From the NCBI RefSeq assembly GCF_009914755.1, contig NC_060934.1: a DNA stretch of 64,000 nt; one strand, written 5' to 3'. The stretch comes from the human T2T-CHM13v2.0 reference genome, Homo sapiens. Shown here one piece after another: positions 1-16,100 of the stretch; the first letter of the stretch is position 1; each line of letters starts with the position of its first letter. Both the position numbers and the translations under genes were made by a program. The notes below the pieces were generated by a model. The model did not search any database. It was not told where the DNA came from and saw nothing but the letters and a program-made list of their open reading frames with translations.

Positions 1-699
1 TTCCCATTTTTTAATTGAGTGGTTATTGAGTTTTGAGATTCTTTTATATATTATAAGTTACAAATGCATTATCAGATGTAATTCACAAGTATTTTCTCCA
101 CGTTCATAAAATTTGTTTCTTTGTTTTCTTAAAAGTGTCTTTCAAAAAGCGGTTCTTAATTTTAAGTCTACTGCATTGACTTTTTCTATTATGGCCTATG
201 TTACTTGCTGTTGTATCTCAGAAAAACCTTTGACTAATCCAGAGTCACAAGGATTTTTCCCTGTGTTTTCTTCTCTAAGTTTTATAATTTTCAGTTTGTA
301 TTTTGGTCTATGATCCATTTTGAGTTAATCTTTGCATATGGTACAAGGTGTAGATCAAAGGGTTGGGCTTTTTTACACATGAATATCCAGTTGTTCCAGC
401 ACCATTTATTCAAAAGACTGTCCTTTCGAAATGCTTTTGCAGCTTTATCAAAAATGAATTGACCATATATGTGTGAGTCTTCTTTGGGAATCTGTTCTGT
501 TCCATTGATTTTTGTCTGTCTTGATTCCAGTATAATTTTATTTTGATTACTGCAGCTTTTTACCAACTCTTGAAGTCAAGTAATGTGAGTCCTTCAGCTT
601 TGTCTTTTTCAAAGTTTTTTGGGGCCTTTGATTTTTCATGTTAATTTTAAAATCAGTTTGCCAAGTTCAACCAAAAAAGTCTGCTGGGAATGTTTTTTA

Positions 700-832
700 A
701 TTTTTTAATAAATAAATAGGTATGGGGTCTCAGTGTGTTGCCCAGACTGGTCTCAAACTCCTGGCCTCAAATAGTACTCCTACCTCAGACATCCAAAGTG
801 CTTGGATTATAGGCCTGAGCCACTCCATCTGC
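700..832 (-). mobile_element. Alu left monomer / FLAM fragment
   Basis: ggggtctcagtgtgttgcccagactggtctcaaactcctggcctcaa..caaagtgct.ggattataggc. Confidence 0.8.
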
Positions 833-1276
833 TGGGTTTTTTGTTGGACTTGTGTTGACTGTAGATCAGTTTGGAGAATATTGACTTCTGAACAATATTG
901 AGTCTTTATCTCTCCATTTGTTTAGGTCTTTTTAACTTTCTCAGCCACGTTGTAGCTTTTAGTATAAAGGTTTTGCACATCTTTTTGTCACAGTTATCCC
1001 TAAATATTTTGTATTTTTAATGCTATTGGAAAAGGTATTTTTAAACCTTGGTTTCTGATTGTTCATTGCAAATACATAGAAATATACTTTTACTTATTTC
1101 CCAATCTATGTATCTTTTATTTCTCTCTCCCTCTTTTTTTTTTTTCTTAATTGCACTGGCTAAGACCTCCAGTACAATGTTAAAAACAACTGGTAAGAGT
1201 GAATGTCCCTTTTTTGTTCATGATCTTAGGCGAAAGGCATTCAGTCTTTCACCGTTTCACATATGTGTATATATAG

Positions 1277-1597
<321 letters not shown>

Positions 1598-2573
1598 TAG
1601 GGTTTTTCATAGTGACCCATTATCAGGGGATTAGGCAGTTCCCTTCTGTTCCTAGATTGCTGAGAGTTTTAATGAGGAACACATGTTGGATTTTGTGAAA
1701 TGCTTTATCTACATCCATTGAGATAATCATATGGTTTTTCACTTTTATTCTGTTAATTGGTATATTACATTGAATTTTTTTTAGCTTTAAATCCTTTGCA
1801 TTGCTGGTATAAACCCCACTTGTTCATGAGGTATAATTCTTTTTATGTGTTGTTGGATTCACCTTGCTAATATCTTTTTAAGGATTTTTGTGTGTGTGTG
1901 TATCTGTGTTTGTAAGGGATATTGGTTTGTTGCTTTATTTTCTGTGTCTCTGGTTGACTGTCATGATAATGTTGGCCTTATAAAATTTTGAAGTGTTCCC
2001 TCATCTATTTTCTAAGAGTTTGCATATGTGATATTATGCTTCTTTAAATGCTTGATAGAATTCACTAGTGAAGCATCTAGACCTGGAATTTTCTTTGTGG
2101 AAAGTTTTAATTACAACTTCAGTTTCTTTAATAAATACAGCACTCTTCAGATTTAATATTTCTTTTGAAGTCCACTTTAATACTTTTGTCTTCCAAGCAG
2201 TTTGGCCGTTTTATCTAAATTATGAAATTTATTGAAATAAAGTTATCATATTCCCTTATTATCCTTTTAATGCCTGTTAGGAGCATAGTCCTGTTTCCTT
2301 TTTTGGTTTCATTGATTTTTTTTTTTTATTTTTCTAGCTTCTTAAGGTAGAAACTAAGATCATTGACTTTGAACCTTTTTTTAAATATAATCAGTTGAAG
2401 CTATAAATGTTATTAGAAGTAATTCTAATCACTACTTTAGCCACATCCCAAAAAATGTCAATTAAGTCAAGTTGGTTTATAATATTCAGGTCTTCTGTAT
2501 CCTTAGTGATTTTTCTATTCGTCCTTACCAATTATTGAGAGAGGAATTTTTATGTCTCCCACTATAGTTTTGA

Positions 2574-3258
<685 letters not shown>

Positions 3259-3819
3259 TAGGATTTTTGTCTTAGTGATTAACTGACTTTTTAACATTAT
3301 GAAATGTCCTTCTTTGATGTTTATAGTATTCTTTGTTTTGGGAAATTAATACTTTGATATTATATGTAAACATTCTGCTTTTTTATGATTAGTGTCTGTG
3401 TGGTGTATCTTACTATATTCTTTTACTTTTAATATGCCTGTGTCTTTATATTTAAAATGAATTTCTCATATTCAGCATATAGTTGGGCCATGTTTTTTTT
3501 TGTTTTTTTTTTTTCTTAATCCAGCCTGACCATCTCTGCCTTTGTCATGTTTAGACCATTTATGTAATTTTTGTATGTTTGGATTTAAATCTATCATGTT
3601 GCTATTTATTTTCCATTTTTTGCTTTTGTTTGTTACCTCCTGTTTTCATGCTCTTTTTTTTTTCTTTTTTATCTCAGTTTAGCTCCTATTATGGGTTCTT
3701 AGTTATATCTCACTAATTTGGTGAGGAGGGACCTAGGGTTTACAATAGTTATCTCTAATTTATTGCAGTCTACTATCAGATGATATTGTACCACTTCATG
3801 TATAATGTAGGAAACTTAA

Positions 3820-4246
<427 letters not shown>

Positions 4247-4444
4247 TTTTAAAGAAATTTTTTAATGGAAAAAAGAGAGTTTATTTTTACCCACACGTTT
4301 ACCTTTTCTATTGCCTCCCATTCCTTTGTATAAATTCTATTTCCATCTGATACATTTTCCTTTTGCTTAAAGAACTTACTTTAACATTTCATGTATGCAG
4401 GTACACTGGTGACAAATACTTTCACTTGTTGTTTACTTGGGAAA

Positions 4445-5110
4445 GTTTTTTTTTTTTTTTTTTAAGGGATGGGGTCTCATTCTATATCCCAGGCTGGAAT
4501 GCAGTGGCATGATCATAGCTCACTGCAGCCTTGGACTTCTAGTCTCAAGCAGTCCTCCTGACAGCTTCCCACATAGCTGACTACAGGCTTGTGCCACCAT
4601 ATCTGGCTAATTTTCTTTATTTTTTTAGAGATAGGGTCTCATTGTGTTGCCCAGACTGGTCTTGAACTCCTGGCCTCACATAATCCTCTTGCCTCACAAC
4701 CTCCTGAGTAGCTGAGATTATTACAGGTGCAAGCCACTGCGCCTGGCTCTGAAAAAGTTTTCGTTTTGCCTTCATTTTTGAAAGATATTTTTGCTGGCTA
4801 AATAATTCTATATAGGCCAGGCATGGTGTCTCACACCTGTAATCCCAGCACTTTGGGAGTCTGAGGCGGTGGATTGCTTGAACTCAGGAGTTCAAGACCA
4901 GCCTGGCAACATGGCAACCCCTTCTCTTCAAAAATACAAAGATTAGCTGGGCATGGTGGCACGTGCCCAGTGCAACAACTTTTGGGTGGCTGAGGTGTGA
5001 GGATCATATGAGTCCAGGAGATTGAGGCTGCAGTAAGCCACAGATATGCCACTGCACTCCAGCTTGGGTGAGAATGAGACCCTGTCTCAAAAAAAAAAAA
5101 AGAAAAAAAG
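4445..5110. mobile_element. Inverted pair of AluJ-like elements (4445-4748 minus, 4816-5110 plus)
   Basis: Diverged Alu dimers in opposite orientation about 70 bp apart. Confidence 0.85.
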
Positions 5111-5446
5111 CTAGATTGACAGTGTCTTTCAGCACTTTAATGATGTCATTCCATTTTCTTCTGGCTTGGTTTCTGACTAGAAGTTGGAAGTCACTCATCT
5201 CCATTCTGTATCTTTTTCCTCTGGGTGCTTTTAAGATTTTCTCTTTATCATTAGTTTTCAGCAATTTGCTTATGATGTGTCTTGGTGTGGCTTTGTTTGT
5301 ATTTTTCCTACTTCACATTAAAAAAATAGAAATTGTCAGAGCAATTTGAAGAAGAAGGCTAAACTTATGTTGTCTACAAGAAAGCTACTTTAACTATAAA
5401 GACACATACACCTTAAAAGTAAATGGTTAGCGAAAGATATAACACA

Positions 5447-5815
5447 TGTTATAGGCTGAATTGTGTTCCCCTAAAATTTATATGATGTCTTAACCACCAG
5501 TACCTCAGAATGTGACTGTATTTGGAGTTATAGGAGCTTTCAAGAGGTAAATAAGGTTAAATGAAGTCATTGGAGTAGGCCCTAATCCAATATGACTGGT
5601 GTCCTTAAAACAAGAGGAGATTGGGACACACAGAGACCATGTGAAGATAAAGGGAGAAGATGACCATCTACAAGTCAAAGGAAGAAGCATCAGAATGAAA
5701 CCAACCCTGCCAACACTTTGATCTTAGAATTCTAGTCTCCAGACTGTAGGGAAATTAATTTCTATTTTTTGAGCCCCCTAGTGTATGCCATACTTTGTTA
5801 TGGCACCCCTAGCCC
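5447..5815 (+). mobile_element. MLT1 (ERVL-MaLR) solo LTR
   Basis: Starts tgttataggctgaattgtgttcccc; contains cagaatgtgactgtatttggag and ccctgccaacactttgatctt; ends ttgttatggca. Confidence 0.85.
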
Positions 5816-7114
5816 TGATGGACCATTCTAACACTAGTCAGAAGAAAGTTGGGGTAGCTGTATTAATTAGAGAGAGAGCAAACCTCAGAGCAAAGAATAT
5901 TATCAGGGATAAAGAGAAGTGTTGTATAAGGATAAAGGGGCCAGTTCTCCAAGAAGACCTAACAATCCTTAATGTGTACACACCTAACAACAGAGCATCA
6001 AAACATATGAGGCAAAAAACCATAGAACTGCAAGGAAAAAATAGATGCATCCACTGTTATAGTTGGAGACTTCAGCACCCCCTATCAGTAATGGACAGAT
6101 CTGGCAGGCAGCCAATTCAGTAAGAACATAGTTGAATTTAGCAGTACCATCAATCAAGTGGATATAATTGACAACTATAGAATGCTTCATCCAACAGCAG
6201 CAGAATACACATTCTTCTCAAGCTCCCAAGGAAATTACACCAAGGCAGACCACAGTCAGGGCCATAAAAGGTACCTTAAAAAATTTACAAGAGTAGAAAT
6301 CATACAGCATATGCTCTCAGATTACAGTGGTATTCACTAATGGAAAGATAGCTGAAAAATCCCAAAATATGTGGAGATTAAACAACACACCTCTAAATAA
6401 CACGTAGGTCAAGAAGAAATTGCAAGATAAATTGAAATGTATTTTTTTTTAATTTTTACTTTTCATTTTTGTGGGTACATAGTAGGTTTATATATTTATG
6501 GGGAACATGTGATGTTTTGAAAAGTATTTTGAAGTAAATAAAAATGAAAACACAGCTATCAAAATTTGTGGGATGCAGTGAAAGCAGTGCTTAGAGGGAA
6601 ATTTATAGCACTGAATGCATATCTTAGAAAAGGTCTAAAATCAATAGTCTAAGCTTCTACTAGAGCCAACTAAGAAAAGAGCAAATTAAATTCAAAGTAA
6701 GTAGAAGAAAAGAAATAACAAAAACTAGACCAGAAATCAGTGAAATTGAAAACAGGAAATCAATGGATTACATCAAGACCAAAAGCTAGTTCTTTGAAAG
6801 GATCAATAAAATGGATGAGTCTCTAGCCAGACTATGAAAAACAAAGAAGACATAATGTACTAATATCAGAAATGAAAGAGATCCCAGATCTTCACAGAAT
6901 CAATACTTAATAATTATCTTTCCAAACAGAGAAACTAAGCCTAGGCAGATCCACTGGTGAATTCTACCAAACATTTGAAGAAGTTATATCAATTTTCTGT
7001 TATCTCTTCTATAAGATAAAAACAGAATGAATAACTTACTAACTCATCTATGAAGCATTACCCTAAAACCAAAACCAGACAAACACAATATAGGAAAAGA
7101 AAAATACAGACTAA

Positions 7115-7235
7115 TAATGGCTAAGCTATGAAGTTCAATAGGTTAGGCAGATCAAATGCATTTTCAGCTTAGGATAGTTTCATTTACAACAGGTTCATCA
7201 GGATGTAACCCATTGTAATTTGAGGAGCATCTGTA
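7115..7235. mobile_element. Tigger-family (MER47/Tigger5-like) DNA transposon end fragment
   Basis: ggatgtaacccattgtaatttgaggagcatctg followed by TA resembles the MER47/Tigger5 terminal repeat as recalled. Confidence 0.6.
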
Positions 7236-7254
7236 TTTTAAACTATTTGATTCA

Positions 7255-7676
7255 TGCTTGAACCCGGGAGGCGGAGGTTGCAGTGAGCCAAGATCACACC
7301 ATTTCTAGCCTGGGTGACAAGAACGAAACTCCATCTCAAAATAAATAAGTAAATATATGGTTTTTCTTTTTTTTTTTTTTTTTTTTTTTTTTGAGACGGA
7401 GTCTCACTCTTGTTACCCAGGCTGGAGTAGTGCAATGGCGCAATCTCGGCTCACTGCAACCTCCACCTCCTGGGTGCAAGCTATTCTCCTGTCACAGCCT
7501 CCTGAGTAGCTGGGATTACGGGTGCCTGCCACCACGCTCAGCTGATCTTTGTATTTTTAGTAGAGACTGGGTTTCTGCTTGTTGGCCAGGCTGGTCTCAA
7601 ACTCCGGACCTCATGATCCACCTGCCTCAACCTCCCAAAGATCTGGGATTATAGGCGTGAGCCACTGCACCCGGCC
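7255..7676. mobile_element. Alu right-arm fragment (+, 7255-7355) tail-to-tail with AluS (-, 7361-7676)
   Basis: Alu consensus segments on both strands. Confidence 0.85.
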
Positions 7677-8508
7677 ATGTATGGTCTTATTATTGCCCTT
7701 ATGTTTAGCAATTTCATGATTTCTAAAATATTTTAAAATGTAATAATGTGCCAATAAAATGTAGTAACTCTGAAATTTTTTAAAAAATCTCGACAAAATA
7801 TTAGCAAATTAAATCCAACAATGTATGAAAAGAATTATACACTGTGACCAAGTGAGATTTATGCCAGGTATGCAAGGCTGGTTCAGCATTCAGAAATCAA
7901 TCAGTGTAATCCATCACATCAGGGGGCTATAGAAGACAAATCACATGCTTATATCAATGGATGCAGTAAAAGCATTTGACAAAATCCAACACCCATTCAT
8001 GATAAAAACTCTCAGCAAACAAGGGATAGAGAGGCTTTTCCTCAACTTCATAAAGAAAAATGCAAATTAAAATTATAGTAAAATACTACTACAAACCTAC
8101 CAAAATAAATGTAAAAGATTGGTAATATCAATTTTTGGTGAAGATGTGGAGTAACAAACTCTGATAAACTGTTGGTGTGAGTATAAATTGGCATGACTTT
8201 TAAAAAATTGTTTCATAGTATCTTCTAAAGCCAAACATACACCTACCCCGTGGCCCAGCAAGTCTACTCCTAGTTGAAATGGGTGCATATATTCAGCAAA
8301 AGACACGTACATAAATGTTCCTAGCAGCTTTGTTTTATAATAGCCATAAACTATAATCAGCCCCTATGTCCACCAACAAGAGAATAGATGGATTGTAGTA
8401 TATTCATACAGTGGAATATCAACCAGTAATAAAAAAGAATGAACTACTGTTTTACATGCAGCAACATAGAAGAATCTTATAATGTTGACTAAAAGAAGCC
8501 AGGCATGA

Positions 8509-9813
<1,305 letters not shown>

Positions 9814-9884
9814 TTAGTAAGGGGTGTGAGATTGTTTTCCAGTATGCTGGGAACATTCTACATCTTCATCAGGGTGGTAACTGC

Positions 9885-10074
9885 CAGTGGTGTGCTAGAA
9901 CAGGCTCATACTCACTTATGAGAGCCAACTATTAGATATTCATGAATTTTGCCAGCTGGTTGACTATGACTAGCTTATAATTGGCCATGATAGGAGTTTT
10001 TAATGCCGTGGAAATCTACCGATGGTTTTACAAAGTAGCAAAGTTTGGTTGATAAACATTTATCAGCATACTGC
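9885..10074 (+). mobile_element. MER63-like hAT DNA transposon
   Basis: Termini cagtggtgtgctag..gagagcc and aaacatttatcagcatactgc resemble MER63 ends as recalled. Confidence 0.6.
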
Positions 10075-10295
10075 TTCTTATTGCTCACCAATCCTTGACC
10101 TCTGATTGTAGAAGGAACTTAGAAGATAAAAACCAGGGAGGTAGTAAGGAATGCTCTCATCCACCCTACGCCAAAAAGGGTTGGCCATGAGAAACTATTA
10201 ATAGCATGCTATTTAGCATGTCTTGGCCAAAGAGTATTGCTTTGTTTACAGCTGCCTAGTATTTGACTTTTCCATGCTGCCTTTAGCCAAAGTAA

Positions 10296-10621
<326 letters not shown>

Positions 10622-10738
10622 TCTTTATAACAGCAAACCATAGCCTTTCCGTAGACTCCTTTTGACATGTTGCTGAATTTGTGTCCTATTGATTTTGAGT
10701 AGTTCAAGTTCCTACCCTTTTTGTTTCTACTTCTTTAG

Positions 10739-10900
10739 GAGCATTCCGGAAGAGTTTTTCGACTACAGTTTGATGAATTCCAGATTGTCAGTAGTTCACA
10801 TGATGACACAATCCTCATCTGGGACTTCCTAAATGATCCAGCTGCCCAAGCTGAACCCCCCCGTTCCCCTTCTCGAACATACACCTACATCTCCAGATAA
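10739..10900 (+). CDS. BTRC: Beta-TrCP1 (F-box/WD40 SCF substrate receptor), last coding exon: final WD40 repeat and C-terminus
   Basis: Acceptor ttctttag|GAG; translates [53 protein letters not shown]; TAA at 10898-10900; exon continues as UTR to donor CAG|gtatcg at 10931. Missed by the ORF track. Confidence 0.97.
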   Translation, partial: EHSGRVFRLQFDEFQIVSSSHDDTILIWDFLNDPAAQAEPPRSPSRTYTYISR

Positions 10901-11849
10901 ATAACCATACACTGACCTCATACTTGCCCAGGTATCGAAATCGATTATGTACATAACACTGTGGGTAGGAGACGGGATATTAGCTGTAAGGTGTTGCTAG
11001 TTCATGGAACTTTCTCCTGCCGTTTGGGTCACCAACTCCTGTAAAGCCGAGGAAGCAGACAATGTGAGACAGGGCTGAAGCTGCCACAGTGTGGACAGTG
11101 CCTTTCACCAAGGTAGCCAGCCTCAGTTCTAGATGATTCTAGGGTCCTACTTGTGTGGTAAGCCTAGTCATTCCTGCCCTAGTTATCTAGTAGTACTGTT
11201 ATGAAAATAAAATGAGATTTGAATCAGTTTGAAAACTAAGTACTGTAATGACCCAAAGGCCTGTGATGTTTAAGTTCCCAGATCAAACAATACCTACAAT
11301 AGAGACCTTTCAAGCCAAGTAAACAGTCTGATGTCTAATGTGTGAATGGAAACATCTCTTGGTGAAAGTTCACACTGACATATAAATAAAAGGGCAGATT
11401 TTAAAAGGAATATAAAAAGTAGCTTTTATATCCCTATCCCTATTCCTCAACCCTCCAAAAAGAGGACCTGTCTTTTGACCTCTGACCTCCACATGTCCTC
11501 CCACTCAAGTCTCCAACCTCTCTCTCAGGCAGGGGAAGATCCTAAAATACCCAGGTGGTCCATACATATTGTGGTATATTCAGATCATACCTGCTGTTCT
11601 AACCAGTTCGAATACACTAGGTTGTTACCAGTTTGAGAAGGCTGCCCTAGCTGCTGAGGAGCGTTGCTGTCAGGATTTGCCACGTGTGCCTCAGTTCTCG
11701 TGGCGGAAGTACATGTTCGCTACACGTTTCTGCATCTCTCTTTGCAGTGTTCCGCTGAGGACAGTGATTCACGCCCAGCTGGGCTGTCCTCAGCTCCTCT
11801 TTCTCTCACAGAGGACACGGTTCGTCGTTCCTCAGCCAGGTCGCACAGG

Positions 11850-12030
11850 CTGTGTGCCCTTAGACAAGTAACTTCCCAGACCCTGAATCTCTTGATGAGT
11901 AACGTGAGGGGCAGCACTCACCTCACGGAACCCTGTGAAGGCTGTGTGGAGATACTGCATGGAAAATTCCTAGTGCTTAGCACAGTGGCGAATACATAAT
12001 ATGCCCTCAGGAAAAACTGGTCATGAGTAT
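11850..12030 (+). mobile_element. MIR
   Basis: tgtgtgcccttagacaagtaacttccc..gtgcttagcacagtggc MIR core and tail. Confidence 0.65.
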
Positions 12031-12184
12031 TAATATTGCAATCTCCATATACCTACCCCCTCCTTTGCCCAAAATTTTCTCTTCCTTAGACTTCCGTGTT
12101 ACTTTGCCATTTTTAATATTCTTCCTGACTCTCTGATTATTTGTGCTTCTTTCCCCCTCACTCCCAAGAGTCTGTTTCTGGCTT

Positions 12185-12534
<350 letters not shown>

Positions 12535-13194
12535 GTCTCTGGCTTTTCTTCCTTATCTGAGTTCCTTCTTAGGCTGCCTTCTCTATTCCCAAGGCTTCAG
12601 ATCTCATCTCATTGTAGAAGACTCAAATTTCTGTCTCCAGTCCAAGCCTCTGCCTTAATCTCCAGGCCACATTTCCAGCTGCCATCCACACAGCTGTCCT
12701 TGAAGATAGCAAGAGCACTTCTAGTGCTCACATCCTCAACTGCACTGTCCCCTCCTTTACACTGCTGGTACCCTGCAGCCACACAGCCAGGCCAGCTTTC
12801 CTTGATTCCCCCACTTCTGTTACTGGCACCGCCATGCTCATGGCCACTCAAAAGGCAGGGCCCACAGACCATCCCCCACCCCTGCCCTGCCATTCTACAG
12901 GGCAAGTGAAAGCTATGCCAACCGTGGGCACTCTCAGCCTCAAGACATCAGAGTCACTCTGCTTGAACACCACAGCCCTGAGCATGTCAGCAAGCCCTGC
13001 CTTTAGTATAACTTCCCCCATCAGGCCAGGTCACCTTTGACAGAAGCTCCTGCATGGCATAGGCAGAGAGCAGGCATTAGGAAGGACCCCTAAGCCTTTT
13101 CCCCATTGGCAGCTAAGTGAATGTTCTTTTGTCTTCAAGCAAGTAAGAAATATCAAAAAAGGGGCTAATGACTATTTGCTCTGTTTTCACACAG

Positions 13195-16100
13195 GACCCA
13201 TTAAAGTTGCGGTATTTAACGTATCTGCCAATACCAGGATGAGCAACAACAGTAACAATCAAACTACTGCCCAGTTTCCCTGGACTAGCCGAGGAGCAGG
13301 GCTTTGAGACTCCTGTTGGGACACAGTTGGTCTGCAGTCGGCCCAGGACGGTCTACTCAGCACAACTGACTGCTTCAGTGCTGCTATCAGAAGATGTCTT
13401 CTATCTTTTGTGAATGATTGGAACTTTTAAACCTCCCCTCCTCTCCTCCTTTCACCTCTGCACCTAGTTTTTTCCCATTGGTTCCAGACAAAGGTGACTT
13501 ATAAATATATTTAGTGTTTTGCCAGAATCTCTCTTGCTTTGCCATTAAGCAGAAGAACTAGTTTCCCTGTATAGCCTGCTGGGAGAGACCCACTTCTAGG
13601 GTATGGGGGATGCAGCTTCAAGCCCAGTGCCCAGTGTCTCCCTGTTAACTGCAGGAATGCCAAGCACCTGGCCAGAGCAGCCCAGCCCCAATATGCTTAG
13701 GAGGAGACAGAGTTCCCTCTGTATAGCCTCTGGGACAAGAAAAAGAAAACACAAGAATGTATACACTGGAAGATTTGGGCCTCCTGCCTGCCTTCTCTTT
13801 GTTTCTGTTCCTCTTCCCATCTACTCCCCTACGCCCCTTCAACCTTTTTTCTCTGTCTGCTTCACCTGAGAAGAAAGTGTACGAAGAGAGTGTCCTCCTC
13901 TCACATGAGCCAGATCAGCCAGAAAATGCAACACTTGGAAGAGTTAAATGCTGTTCAGTGAAGATTTCAGCCCCAGGCCTTTGCTGCAAGTGACCCTGTG
14001 GCAACAGTGGATTCTCAGACATGATACTCTCATCATATTTGCAACTCTTCTCTCTCTTTCTTCCCCACACCCAAGAGGAGGATTGGTGGTAGGGGGCAGG
14101 CAGAGGGGGTGGGGAGAAGTTTCCTGGGCTCCATCAATGGCTGCATCTTTTCTGGACTCAGCAGTCTCCTTGATTCCATGTAGAGTGTGGAAAGGAGTTG
14201 CTGATTGCATTTCCTCTCATTAACAATTGGGTGTGTAATAAAAAGCATTGTACTTCATCTTAAATCACTGGTAAGGCTCAGCCTACAGAAAGATTTGAAA
14301 TGGCCAGAGCCAATCGCTTGGTGCATTCTGCGTAATGGTTTCCATCTCCGATTTCCTCATCAGGGCCTGTGAATACCCAGGTGCCTGTATCTTTGCCAAG
14401 ACCGTGATCAAGGTAGCTTAAGAGAGATGGTCAGGAGAAAACACTGTTTTTGTTTTTTTTGTTGTTTTGTTTTGTTTTGGCCAGTTAAATATCATCTCTC
14501 AAATATTGATCTCACCGTGTCAACCTTGCACTGCACAACCTTCCTTCTGCTTCTCCCACACCCAGTATTTGCAGAAGGGCAAAGCTGCTTAAGAGAGAGG
14601 ATCAGGGTGAAGTTTGGCACACAGGGTTTATTAATGGGGCAAAAACTGCCTTTTCTTCCTCCTCCTGACCTTATTTTGCTCTTCACTCTCCCCAGCCAAT
14701 AAAGCGTCTGTGGCGATTGGTGAACAGCATAAACAGCTGGACCTCAGCAAGGGTCAGGCAAACCCAGTCACTCGGAAGGCAGCTGTGTGAGCTGCCAAGC
14801 TAGTGGGCTTCAGGTGCAAGGGTACCTGTGCCACACCAACCTGGGAGCACACAGAATACTATTAATGTGCACCCAGCTGGTCTCCCCAGGCAAGAAGGTA
14901 TCCTCTTCCCAAGGTGTACCCACTGAATGTTGTTACTACATATTGAGAGTCATTTTATGCATATGCATTCTACCTTTCCTGCTTTATGAGTATTTTTAAG
15001 CTTTTAGTTCAAGGTTATATTCAGAAAATATTTCCCAGTATAATGATACATCGTAGCCTAAGAAATATTTTCTCAATGTAATTCCCTTCCCAGCTACCCA
15101 AATGCTACAGAGAAATGTTTTCTACTTGGCCACTATCAGGGTTCGTCATCTATTGTGTTGACTATTAATGGCTTTTTGATTGGGTAAGGATTTTGCTATA
15201 GATGAAGGTAGAGGGCTGTCAGCCCTGAAAAACACACAGGTCAGACATTTAAAAGGCATGGGTTTCGAGCTGTCTCAAAATATTGCCCAATAGCCATAAT
15301 TTTACCAGCCTTTCTGTCATATGCTGCTATTACAAAGTGGAAGCTGTTGAATGTTTATTGGTGCCCAGGGTTTTGCTCTCCAATCTAGGTTCAGTTGAAG
15401 GAATATTGTTTCTAAGACTGTTTTGAGACATGTCCAGTACATCACAAAGGAGATCGGGGCGACCCCTGCAGATGTGGAGCCATTAGCCCAGTTGAGGATA
15501 TTCTCCAAGTTGTCCTCTCTCCTGCTGATGGAAATGGGAATGAAGTTAAGTGGTCTGAAAAACTTGAATCGTTCACATTTCTCAGCTCTGGGGGTCATTT
15601 ACCAGTTTGTTGTAGAAGAAATAATCAGGTAAGTTAAAAGTTCATTTCCAGAGAAGGTAAACCCCACTTACCATCTCTGCATGATTTCAGTGGGAATTGA
15701 TTATCACTAATCCCCAACTGGGCTAGAATAAATGTAAAGTTTGACCTTTTTAAAACGAAAAGAGAGACAAAGTCTCAGCACATTCCAAGGAGTGGTAGAA
15801 ACAGAGCTGAAGGTGTCCCCATTGTAGATTAGTCTCTTCTCACTAAAATTTACTTTCCAACGTAGGGCCTAAAGGAAACCTTTCTTAAAGACAGGCTGAA
15901 ACCCCTTCAAAGGCAGATGAGGAGGTACAGACACGTGACCTTTTGGTGCACACTGGAGCTACTTGGACAAGACCAGCATGCCTTGCTGCACGTGTGTGTA
16001 TTTCACTGCTGAGAACATCCTTTAACTTGGTGTGCAATTTGAAAGGATGTGAATCATGGATGGAAGGCCATTTGTACATGTCCCTTGGCAAAATTCTTTC

